45,669 nucleotides of DNA from a virus, in the IMG/VR virus record IMGVR_UViG_3300031416_000018, positions 1 to 45,669 of that record. One strand, given 5' to 3'. This document shows positions 15,589 to 23,145 of the stretch, piece after piece. Under the pieces are notes generated by a model. It was not told the origin of the DNA. It worked only from the letters and a program-made list of their open reading frames with translations, and did not search any database. Both the position numbers and the translations under genes were made by a program. Position 1 is the first letter of the stretch. Each line of letters begins with the position of its first letter.

Positions 15589-16063
15589 GAACGTTGATTA
15601 TAACCCGGATTTGCATGACAGGTTCAAGGCTTTGACAGTAAAGCAGCCTTATGCGAATAATTTAATTGATTCAGATGATGGTAAATTTGCTTATAAATCA
15701 ATTGAGGTTCGTAGAAGACCAACAAAATACAGAGGGGATCTTTTGATATGTTCATCAGCCAGTCCCATAATATATGGTCTTGAAAACGGTGTTACTTTGG
15801 GATTTGTTGAATTGTATGATATAAAACCAATATCAGAATTTACCCCAGAAGATTGGGAAAACACATTAATACCAGAAGATAAAAGACACCTTTTTAAAAA
15901 GGGTTTTGGTTGGATGATGAGAAAACCACGCCCAGTGATAGAATATCCAATAAAAGGGCAATTAGGTATCTATAATTTAGTCTATACTAAAGGTGACATT
16001 ATGGAATATCCAAGAGTTATCAAAATGGATAGAAAAGGGTATAACATGGCAAATAAAAAATAA
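15578..16063 (+). CDS. ASCH (PUA-like) domain protein
   Basis: LTVKQPYANNLIDS...KSIEVRRRPTKYRGDLLICSS matches the ASCH N-terminal pattern. Confidence 0.6.
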   Translation: MQYRNVDYNPDLHDRFKALTVKQPYANNLIDSDDGKFAYKSIEVRRRPTKYRGDLLICSSASPIIYGLENGVTLGFVELYDIKPISEFTPEDWENTLIPEDKRHLFKKGFGWMMRKPRPVIEYPIKGQLGIYNLVYTKGDIMEYPRVIKMDRKGYNMANKK

Positions 16064-16261
16064 ATGATACAATTAACATTTTCATTATCAAAATTAGGGT
16101 TTGCAGTATTTGCCAGGACATTTTGGAAGTATAAAGAATTTTATATTATTCCAGGTGTTGTGGTTTCATTTGCGAATTTAGAAAGTAGAAGAAAATTAGA
16201 CATAGAAATCAAAATTCTATGTTTCGGAATCGGTTTTCAATTATATCTGAAAAAGTACTAA
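16064..16261 (+). CDS. Hypothetical small hydrophobic protein (65 aa)
   Basis: ATG immediately after the upstream stop. Confidence 0.5.
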   Translation: MIQLTFSLSKLGFAVFARTFWKYKEFYIIPGVVVSFANLESRRKLDIEIKILCFGIGFQLYLKKY

Positions 16262-16320
16262 ATTTGTCAATGCCTAAAGGATAGACATTTTTATAGCTTT
16301 TTTCAAATGATTTATTTTTG

Positions 16321-16355
16321 ACCACCGTTATTTATTTGACGGTGGTTTTATTTTT
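16321..16355 (+). terminator. Intrinsic terminator inside the early region
   Basis: ACCACCGT-tatttatttg-ACGGTGGT then TTTATTTTT. Confidence 0.75.
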
Positions 16356-16371
16356 AAAAAGAAAAAAAACA

Positions 16372-16578
16372 ATGGAACAAACAGAAATATTAAGCACAGA
16401 AAAAGCGGCATTAATTCAAAAAATTCACAATGAATATAAATGCGAAATCATTGAATTTGGTTTAAGTAGTAATAATATGATACGTATAACAATACAGGGA
16501 ACCGTGGAAGATATTAAGGAATTATTGAATTTTGTAAACAGGCCAAAAGATGAGAATCAAGAAACCTCAAACGTTTGA
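16372..16578 (+). CDS. Hypothetical protein (68 aa)
   Basis: Start moved from the listed 16318, which would run through the terminator hairpin, to ATG 16372. Confidence 0.55.
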   Translation: MEQTEILSTEKAALIQKIHNEYKCEIIEFGLSSNNMIRITIQGTVEDIKELLNFVNRPKDENQETSNV

Positions 16579-16912
16579 TCCTGGCAAAGAGTATAAAATT
16601 GGCGAACGTTGTATTTATAATGGAATGGTTTTGATCCTAACTAAATGGATTCAAATAAACCAAAATGACATTATAAAATATAAACTGCCAATGGAAATGG
16701 TATCAAGATGTTTAAGTTGTAGAGTGCATAATATTTGTAAAGGTCCACATATGCAATGTGATAAATTTAATAGATCAGACCGAAAAAACACTTTTTGGAA
16801 GGTCTTAAGAATTGCTAAAGGTTACGAATCAAAGCGGGTTTTCAGATATAATTTTGATGGTTCAATAAGTGGAGTTAAAATAGAAGCTATAAAAAAAGAT
16901 GAAAATAAATAA
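16550..16912 (+). CDS. Hypothetical Cys-rich protein (120 aa)
   Basis: CLSCRVHNICKGPHMQC cluster; 29-nt overlap with the upstream ORF. Confidence 0.55.
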   Translation: MRIKKPQTFDPGKEYKIGERCIYNGMVLILTKWIQINQNDIIKYKLPMEMVSRCLSCRVHNICKGPHMQCDKFNRSDRKNTFWKVLRIAKGYESKRVFRYNFDGSISGVKIEAIKKDENK

Positions 16913-16920
16913 CAATTTCT

Positions 16921-16984
16921 TTTGGTAGTTTAAAAAATAGTTATATCTTTACTACATCAAAACAACGACATGGCGATTTCCATG
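16921..16984 (+). promoter_or_regulatory. Early promoter-leader cassette P4: TTTG(16921)-N19-TATCTTTA(16944-16951), CAAAACAA (16958-16965), hairpin CATGG-CGATTT-CCATG (16969-16984)
   Basis: 33 nt upstream half identical to P1; 35 nt leader identical to P2. Confidence 0.75.
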
Positions 16985-17004
16985 AAACTAAATAATTTTA
17001 TATT

Positions 17005-17226
17005 ATGAACCGTAAATTAAAAAAAGTCACAAAGCAAAAAGAAGCGAGAGACAAACAGTACAAAGTTGCATTTATTCAATCAATGGCACTTTCAAACTAT
17101 TTGAAATTATGCATTAAATTGAAAGAAGTTCCAAGATTAGACATTGTTAATATGTTGGAAGAATGTCAAGATACAACGCAACTAATGCAATCAAATAAAA
17201 TTTTCGTATCACATTTACAAAAGTAA
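17005..17226 (+). CDS. 73-aa protein with a strongly basic N-terminus; candidate RNA-binding regulator (N-like antiterminator hypothesis)
   Basis: MNRKLKKVTKQKEARDKQYK has 9 K/R in the first 20 residues; it is the only gene between cassette P4 and terminator 17234. Confidence 0.6.
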   Translation: MNRKLKKVTKQKEARDKQYKVAFIQSMALSNYLKLCIKLKEVPRLDIVNMLEECQDTTQLMQSNKIFVSHLQK

Positions 17227-17233
17227 ACTAATC

Positions 17234-17254
17234 ACCGGGGGAAACCCCGGTTTT
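17234..17254 (+). terminator. Intrinsic terminator-like hairpin with GAAA loop
   Basis: ACCGGGG-GAAA-CCCCGGT followed by TTTT. Confidence 0.6.
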
Positions 17255-17266
17255 AAAAATAATCAA

Positions 17267-17572
17267 ATGGAAAGATTCACACAAACTGACTTAATTATTG
17301 GGGGATTATCACAAATTAATAATAACGAATCGGGACATTTAGTTGTCGAATATGATTCTTTTAATCGTTTTTATCCTGAACAAATAGAACCTTATTTAAA
17401 AAACCTTAATTATAAACTTATTTTAAGCAAGAATATTGGAAAAGATTTTGAAATAGGCATTGCTGAATGGATAAAAAAAACCCAGGAGGAATTGGATTCT
17501 GAAAACCTTGATTTACAAATTAAAAGAATTGAAAAACAATTTAACATTACAATCACTTATGAAAAAAACTAA
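17267..17572 (+). CDS. Hypothetical protein (101 aa)
   Basis: ATG 12 nt after the terminator; no promoter between. Confidence 0.6.
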   Translation: MERFTQTDLIIGGLSQINNNESGHLVVEYDSFNRFYPEQIEPYLKNLNYKLILSKNIGKDFEIGIAEWIKKTQEELDSENLDLQIKRIEKQFNITITYEKN

Positions 17573-18128
17573 AATAAATCCAGAATTAACCCCTTATGAT
17601 TGGGATTTAGTCGCAATGATAGAGGGATTAATAAAATCGCCTGTAAGGGTTTTTAAAGATGTAAAAAAGAAAAAGTTCCAACTGTATTGGGATTTAGATC
17701 CAGAAATTGAAGACTTTCAAAAATTACACTTTGCAATAATAGAGGCAATTAAAGGTCGTACCGGAGAAAGGTATTTATCAACTCATCTAGGCAAAACAAA
17801 CATTACATCAATCGAATTTTCAATTGAATCATGGCCAACAGAAAATCGTTATAAAATTGGCCCAGTGTTGGAGGAATATGCATTTGATTTTATTAGCACT
17901 GTAAAGGCTGTTCAATACGATAGAAATGATTCACAACGTTTGGCAATGTTTGTTGGAGGTGGAACAGAAATAATTGAAGTTAGCGGAAAGTCTTCCACTT
18001 TTTCGTTTCCAAATCAAGACGGTGTTTGGATGCACGTAAACGAAAATGATTACGTTGTTTTACAAAATGATTGTTTTCGTGTAATGAACCAGAAAGAATT
18101 TAAGAAACAATTTAAAATCCAATTATAA
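17559..18128 (+). CDS. Hypothetical protein (189 aa)
   Basis: Start moved from 17508 to ATG 17559 (MKKTKINPE...), reducing the overlap to 14 nt. Confidence 0.6.
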   Translation: MKKTKINPELTPYDWDLVAMIEGLIKSPVRVFKDVKKKKFQLYWDLDPEIEDFQKLHFAIIEAIKGRTGERYLSTHLGKTNITSIEFSIESWPTENRYKIGPVLEEYAFDFISTVKAVQYDRNDSQRLAMFVGGGTEIIEVSGKSSTFSFPNQDGVWMHVNENDYVVLQNDCFRVMNQKEFKKQFKIQL

Positions 18129-18541
18129 TGAATGCATTTAGTTTCCCTGAGGCAAATGTGAACCTCGCAGAAAATCAAGAAGAATATCAAACTTTACCCG
18201 CTTATTATGGGGTAATAGGAAGTCAACCAGAACATTTGGGGTATGTAGTATGTTTTGCGTTAACTGAGGATGATATTAATATCATCAATGAGACCAAAAA
18301 AATATGGTTAAGCCAACTAACGTTCAAAGAAAAATTCAATCCGGTTTTGTTTATGGTTCAAAGTCCTTTTGAAGATCCAAAAGAGTACGAAAAAAGCACG
18401 TTTGATAAAAGCGACTTAGTTATGTTCGGAAATATGTTATTAAGTGATATAACGAAAAGAAAGAAGCTTTACGGGGCGGAATTCAATCAAGTACATCACG
18501 CTGATTTAATGAAGTACATAGAATCAATCGAAAATGAGTAG
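18128..18541 (+). CDS. Hypothetical protein (137 aa)
   Basis: TAATG overlap upstream. Confidence 0.6.
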   Translation: MNAFSFPEANVNLAENQEEYQTLPAYYGVIGSQPEHLGYVVCFALTEDDINIINETKKIWLSQLTFKEKFNPVLFMVQSPFEDPKEYEKSTFDKSDLVMFGNMLLSDITKRKKLYGAEFNQVHHADLMKYIESIENE

Positions 18542-18689
18542 CATAAAAGAAGACAATACGAACGGTAAAGTATTTTTTATATTAGTAGTAATTGCTGTAA
18601 TAGTAAGTGTAGTATGTTACATAGGTGAAAGTATGAAAAAAGACAGTTCAAATATTACCACTAGGACGAACTGTTTTCCATTAAAATAA
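18534..18689 (+). CDS. Unlisted 51-aa single-TM protein
   Basis: Hand translation: MSSIKEDNTNGKVFFILVVIAVIVSVVCYIGESMKKDSSNITTRTNCFPLK*; 8-nt overlap upstream. Confidence 0.45.
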   Translation: MSSIKEDNTNGKVFFILVVIAVIVSVVCYIGESMKKDSSNITTRTNCFPLK

Positions 18690-18690
18690 A

Positions 18691-18730
18691 GCGGATGCCG
18701 AAAAGCTAAAGAGTAGGCAAAAATTAATAA
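18691..18730 (+). promoter_or_regulatory. Conserved upstream motif, copy A: CGGA-GCCGAA-N11-TAGGCAAA...TTAATAA
   Basis: Shares CGGA, GCCGAA, AAG, TAGGCAAA and TTAATAA blocks in the same order and at similar distance to the ATG as 19266..19311. Confidence 0.45.
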
Positions 18731-18742
18731 TTAACTATCATT

Positions 18743-18925
18743 ATGAAAAGATTAAAAAAAATCTCAAAAGAAAACATGAAATCAATCAACGGAGGAATGA
18801 AATGGATTAAAGATGGGTGTAGGGATGGAAACGTAGAAGACAGAAGGCCAGGAGCATCACCCGTTTGGTGGCAAAAAATAGAAAATTTTGCTTACAATTT
18901 TTGGAACTGTGATCAACATTTATAA
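18743..18925 (+). CDS. Double-glycine-leader (bacteriocin-type signal) peptide precursor: 18-aa leader plus 42-aa Trp-rich two-Cys core
   Basis: MKRLKKISKENMKSINGG | MKWIKDGCRDG...FWNCDQHL. The leader fits the MKxLxxxxxxxLxxIxGG pattern of class II bacteriocin/GG-motif peptides. Confidence 0.6.
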   Translation: MKRLKKISKENMKSINGGMKWIKDGCRDGNVEDRRPGASPVWWQKIENFAYNFWNCDQHL

Positions 18926-18937
18926 CAAGTAATAAAA

Positions 18938-19255
18938 ATGAAAAATAATCAATTAGGCGACAAGCCGGCAAACATTACATGGCAAGAATTAAAAGATTTC
19001 GCAAACGGAATAGAGCCTCAGTTTTTACACGAAAGGGTGTTAGTTCAGATTTCAGACAACGAATATTGTTCAAGGTTAAATGAGCCTTACAGGGTGCAGA
19101 ATGAAATTTATATTAATAGATATGATTCTGATGATTGTGGGACAATTGAAGAACTGAAAATGATTAAAGAAGATAACGGTGAAGATTTTAATATTGATGA
19201 TTACGTTCTATCATTCAAAAAAGGACATCCTATGTTATGGATTGACGAAGAATAA
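18938..19255 (+). CDS. Hypothetical acidic cytoplasmic protein (105 aa)
   Basis: ATG 12 nt after the peptide gene. Confidence 0.6.
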   Translation: MKNNQLGDKPANITWQELKDFANGIEPQFLHERVLVQISDNEYCSRLNEPYRVQNEIYINRYDSDDCGTIEELKMIKEDNGEDFNIDDYVLSFKKGHPMLWIDEE

Positions 19256-19265
19256 AAAACATAAA

Positions 19266-19311
19266 ACGGAAAGCCGAAGCCGTCAAGTAGGCAAACAACT
19301 TAAATTAATAA
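19266..19311 (+). promoter_or_regulatory. Conserved upstream motif, copy B: CGGA-GCCGAA-N9-TAGGCAAA...TTAATAA
   Basis: See 18691..18730. Confidence 0.45.
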
Positions 19312-19314
19312 ATT

Positions 19315-19701
19315 ATGAAAAAAGCAATTTTAGCTTTAATGATCGGAATGATCACACTATCATGTTCAAATGAGTCTGTAACTGGAACAAATCAGGAACC
19401 TGTACAGAAATCAACTGTTAATAAATATGCTGCCAAGGGTGAAGACGCAAGCAGAGAAAAGCAAGAGGCTATTAATGCCGTTCAAATGGGTGTAACCGGG
19501 AGGATTTATAATGGTGGCGCCATCATCAATTGTCATACTAACTATCTTTCTGACGTAGGTCATGCTTGCGTTTCATCAGGTGGATATTTATTCAATGTAT
19601 CATGGACATCTTATTATAGCTATCCAGGTGGAGAATCTGGTTACTATCCAGATGGTCCGGTTTACACGGCTACTCAGGTTTCATCATGTAATTGCAGATA
19701 A
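19315..19701 (+). CDS. Secreted lipoprotein-type protein (128 aa)
   Basis: MKKAILALMIGMITLSC signal peptide ending in Cys; the mature part has five more Cys and is Gly/Tyr/Ser-rich. Confidence 0.65.
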   Translation: MKKAILALMIGMITLSCSNESVTGTNQEPVQKSTVNKYAAKGEDASREKQEAINAVQMGVTGRIYNGGAIINCHTNYLSDVGHACVSSGGYLFNVSWTSYYSYPGGESGYYPDGPVYTATQVSSCNCR

Positions 19702-19709
19702 ACACTCAC

Positions 19710-19731
19710 GAGGGGAGAAATCCCCTCTTTT
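19710..19731 (+). terminator. Intrinsic terminator with GAAA loop
   Basis: GAGGGGA-GAAA-TCCCCTC then TTTT. Confidence 0.65.
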
Positions 19732-19746
19732 AAACAAAATACAATT

Positions 19747-19860
19747 ATGGAAAATACTTTAGAAAATAAAGCAAAGTTCTTTGGACAATAATACATGGGA
19801 CTTTCGATTGAAAAGATGATTGAATACGGCTGGATTAAGCTTAAAACAAATAGGAATTAA
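19747..19860 (+). pseudogene. Short ORF interrupted by an in-frame TAA (14 + 22 codons); possible gene remnant
   Basis: MENTLENKAKFFGQ*YMGLSIEKMIEYGWIKLKTNRN* read in a single frame. Confidence 0.3.
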
Positions 19861-19877
19861 CCAATAAAAACAAAACA

Positions 19878-20204
19878 ATGAACCAAACATTAACAGCAAA
19901 CAGTGACAACCTATTAAAAAGAGTGTATAACGGTGATAAAGATTTTACCGAAACCGAACTAAGAGACCTTGCAACGGAATTCCCCATATATGATTTAATT
20001 GAAGGCAATAATCGTAGATGGCTAAAAAGTATGAATACAGTCTTAAAAATAGATGATAAATATTTCATGGTATGTTGGCAAGAAGGGCTAACAGAAAGCC
20101 AGGAGAATGAGTTTTACAACCAACCTGTAGAGGTAAAACATACAGTAGAAGTTAAAACAATCACAATAAACCATTACAACCCGGTTAACCAACCAGAAAT
20201 ATAA
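19878..20204 (+). CDS. Hypothetical protein (108 aa), last early gene
   Basis: ATG ORF followed by a terminator. Confidence 0.6.
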   Translation: MNQTLTANSDNLLKRVYNGDKDFTETELRDLATEFPIYDLIEGNNRRWLKSMNTVLKIDDKYFMVCWQEGLTESQENEFYNQPVEVKHTVEVKTITINHYNPVNQPEI

Positions 20205-20226
20205 ACATAACAGATAAACAAGATAA

Positions 20227-20257
20227 AACCATTCTATTTATTTATAGTGGTTTTTTT
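20227..20257 (+). terminator. Intrinsic terminator closing the early region
   Basis: AACCAT-N14-GTGGTT (one G:U pair) followed by T7. Confidence 0.55.
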
Positions 20258-20348
20258 GCCTTTAAAAGCCTTTTGATGAGGTATTGGATCATATATTTTA
20301 AAAAGGCGTAATTTTGATACTTAAATGAAACTTTAAAGACCGTTAACA

Positions 20349-20996
20349 ATGGGAAGACCAAGACAATGCAAAAGAACACCAGAGCAAATTGAATATGATT
20401 TAGCTTTTGAAACTGATCTATTCCTGAAAGGTGCAGCTTATAGGGAAATAGCCCGGAGGCTTAATGATGATCTTAAAAGGCGCGGATTAACCTACACTAT
20501 TACTCACGTAGGTGTTTTCAAGGACATGCAAAAAGCCATGATCGATTGGAAGAAAACGCGATTTAAGAATATTGATGATTATATCCAAAAGGACCTGGAG
20601 AAACTGGATAAAATGGAAATGGCCGCATGGGAGGCCTGGGAAAAGTCATGCACCGGAAAAGAACGTACTAAAAGTAGGAAAAGCAAAAGAGCCAATAAAG
20701 TGGATGCTGATGTTGAAACGCCAGATCATTACGGATATGATGAGAACATGACCGAAACAAGCGCGGGAAACCCTCGTTTCCTGGATATATTACTTAACAT
20801 ACAACAACGTAGGGCTAAACTATTGGGCTACGATGCGCCAATCAAACTGGATGTTGGCGGTCCTAATCGTAACGATGAGTTAACCAGGTATGATTTAAAA
20901 GCCGTACCCGATGATATATTATTTGCTGCTGTTGATGCTATTCAAAACGCTGCATATATACAGGAAATGGAAAATAAAGGAAAGGTAGATGAATAA
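20349..20996 (+). CDS. terS: Terminase small subunit-like DNA-binding protein
   Basis: N-terminal HTH (AAYREIARRLN) and GNPRFLDILLNIQQRRAKLLGYDAP resemble TerS proteins; first gene of the late region. Not adjacent to terL. Confidence 0.45.
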   Translation: MGRPRQCKRTPEQIEYDLAFETDLFLKGAAYREIARRLNDDLKRRGLTYTITHVGVFKDMQKAMIDWKKTRFKNIDDYIQKDLEKLDKMEMAAWEAWEKSCTGKERTKSRKSKRANKVDADVETPDHYGYDENMTETSAGNPRFLDILLNIQQRRAKLLGYDAPIKLDVGGPNRNDELTRYDLKAVPDDILFAAVDAIQNAAYIQEMENKGKVDE

Positions 20997-21056
20997 ATTT
21001 TAATTTTCTCTTTGTTTTCTCGGATACTTGTTTTAACTTTGAGGCAAATAATTAAA

Positions 21057-21317
21057 ATGAAATCATTATTAAGAACTAAAATTGAGAAAAGCAATCATTC
21101 GATTAAGGATGTTGCGGAGCATTGTGATAAAACACAACAGACTTTAAACAACTATTTGAACGGCACCCAAAGCCCAACAATTAAAACATTGGAATGTATT
21201 GCCTTTTTAATAGGTTGTGAAGTTTTTGAACTTATAGAGCCCCCAAAGGGATTTGTTCATGTATACACAGGTAGCGGTGTTTGGATGGGAATCGTTAAAG
21301 ACTATAAAAATCATTAA
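21057..21317 (+). CDS. XRE-family HTH regulator (86 aa)
   Basis: Start moved from TTG 21012 to ATG 21057. IKDVAEHCDKTQQTLNNYLNGTQSPTIKTLECIAFLIGCEVFELI is a classic HTH_3 layout. Confidence 0.6.
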   Translation: MKSLLRTKIEKSNHSIKDVAEHCDKTQQTLNNYLNGTQSPTIKTLECIAFLIGCEVFELIEPPKGFVHVYTGSGVWMGIVKDYKNH

Positions 21318-21319
21318 TC

Positions 21320-21520
21320 ATGAAAATAAAGCCAGTGGGATGCTCCCAATTAACAAACATTCCTAAAGTGGAATGTAATGAAATACCAACAGTGTATGAA
21401 TTAGCAAAAACAATTAATCCGAATGAAAGTAAATTTCATTTTAGTTTAGTGGATATGATTGAAAAAAGAAAAGAGCCAATAGGCCTGTTTAAGTTTAATA
21501 AATCAAAGCACTTTAAATAA
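21320..21520 (+). CDS. Hypothetical protein (66 aa)
   Basis: Tightly packed ATG ORF. Confidence 0.55.
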   Translation: MKIKPVGCSQLTNIPKVECNEIPTVYELAKTINPNESKFHFSLVDMIEKRKEPIGLFKFNKSKHFK

Positions 21521-21529
21521 TATAAAACA

Positions 21530-22006
21530 ATGAGAGCGAATAAATACATTAGGACCGGATTGCGTGACCGTAACGGCATCGAAATAAAAGCCGGGAACAT
21601 AGTTCAAACCAAACGCGTTGGAATCGAATACCAAACCCATACGGGGGATAATATTCCCAACGGATCATATACTGAGCCTTGCGGGGTGATCGTTTACATT
21701 AATCAATATGTTATTGAATTTAAATTAGGTTGTTTTTGTTTGGTCCCTTTAGATGATCATAATTTCGATTCATTCAATGCGTTAGGTTATTTATATAACC
21801 CAGATGGAACAATACAAGAATATACAGAAAAGGAAATCATTCAAAGTTTAGACATGAAGCGAAACCGTGATCCGTGGGATAATGATTATAGTGAGGAAAA
21901 GGAAAGTTTTGAATATCTATTAAAAGATATGGGAATGACGGCCAATGAGTTAATACACGATTGTAAAATTCAAATAATAGCAAAATCTTTAAACCAACTA
22001 CCATGA
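21530..22006 (+). CDS. Hypothetical protein (158 aa)
   Basis: Tightly packed ATG ORF. Confidence 0.6.
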   Translation: MRANKYIRTGLRDRNGIEIKAGNIVQTKRVGIEYQTHTGDNIPNGSYTEPCGVIVYINQYVIEFKLGCFCLVPLDDHNFDSFNALGYLYNPDGTIQEYTEKEIIQSLDMKRNRDPWDNDYSEEKESFEYLLKDMGMTANELIHDCKIQIIAKSLNQLP

Positions 22007-22371
22007 ACGCAAACGAATTTAGAATAGGAAACATTACAGACAAAGGAACTGTAGTAACATTTTATGAAAGTGGTATCCATGTTGGATATGGAAAATGTTT
22101 CAAATTTAGTGAAGTGAACGGAATCGAATTAACTCCGGAGTGGCTTATTAAATTGGGATTTGAGAAATCATCGTATATAAATAGTGAATTTTCATTACAT
22201 GAGAAGGAATGTTTTTGCCTCACATTCAATGAAAATAATTCAGGAGGTATTAGTATTTCGGCCGGGGATTATGCAGAGGATGGATCTTTATTAAGTCACA
22301 TTAAGTATGTGCATCAAATACAGAATCTTTATTTTGCACTAACTAACAAAGAATTAAAACTACAATCATGA
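22003..22371 (+). CDS. Hypothetical protein (122 aa)
   Basis: ATGA overlap upstream. Confidence 0.6.
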   Translation: MNANEFRIGNITDKGTVVTFYESGIHVGYGKCFKFSEVNGIELTPEWLIKLGFEKSSYINSEFSLHEKECFCLTFNENNSGGISISAGDYAEDGSLLSHIKYVHQIQNLYFALTNKELKLQS

Positions 22372-22820
22372 AAGCATCAGAAGCAAGGCAAAAGGCATAC
22401 GTAATAAATATGCAGGAAACGAGCAATCAATACCAGGCAATAATGAGAGAGGTCGAAATTGCTATTCAAAAAGGTAAAACTGATTGTATGTATTTTGACC
22501 CAATTAAAGATGAGGTTTTAACAGAATTGGCAAAGGATGGATATTCAGTTGAATATATTTCAGATGGACGAAACACTACAAATGTTAAAATATCATGGGA
22601 TGATGGATGTGTAAAGGTTGTTGATATGAAAGAACATATATTAAACGGCATAGATGATATGTGTAGTAATTTCTTTTACTATGATAGAAAGAATGATGAG
22701 GAATTAAGTTCTGTGGATATTCAACAGGCTTATGATGATGATGTTATTGCACTTGATGATATGGTATGTAGGTTTAGAAATAATTGTATTGATATTTTAA
22801 ATAATAGAAACGATGGATAA
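22368..22820 (+). CDS. Hypothetical protein (150 aa)
   Basis: ATGA overlap upstream. Confidence 0.6.
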   Translation: MKASEARQKAYVINMQETSNQYQAIMREVEIAIQKGKTDCMYFDPIKDEVLTELAKDGYSVEYISDGRNTTNVKISWDDGCVKVVDMKEHILNGIDDMCSNFFYYDRKNDEELSSVDIQQAYDDDVIALDDMVCRFRNNCIDILNNRNDG

Positions 22821-23145
22821 TCATGAGTCGTATCGTATAGGGGTACTAAAAAAATGGGAGGAACTTAGATGTTTAATTAAAAATGATATTAAATATATGA
22901 AAGGTGTTATTGAAAATAATAAACCAATAAATATTGAAACACATTGCGGTGACTTTGAAAAAGCCCCGTTGTCAATCCATGAAAATTGGAATGTTCAAAA
23001 CGGTTATATTATTGAATCGGATTTAATTGAAATGAGAGTTGCATTAAAAAGAGAACTTACAATCAAAGAACTCCAGATAATGCGAATATTACAAGAGGAA
23101 GGCGTTTTAATGACATTGGATGATTTCAAACCCTTTCCAGGATAA
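22813..23145 (+). CDS. Hypothetical protein (110 aa)
   Basis: 8-nt overlap upstream. Confidence 0.6.
   Translation: MDNHESYRIGVLKKWEELRCLIKNDIKYMKGVIENNKPINIETHCGDFEKAPLSIHENWNVQNGYIIESDLIEMRVALKRELTIKELQIMRILQEEGVLMTLDDFKPFPG

Noticed and set aside
20275-20320. Long-range pairing GCCTTTT...AAAAGGC upstream of the TerS-like gene, considered as a pac/cos signal or late promoter element
   Set aside because: The stem is A/T-dominated with a ~26-nt loop, which is easily produced by chance in AT-rich DNA. The nearby TAATTTTG -7-like box lacks a -33 partner, so there is not enough evidence for a specific call.
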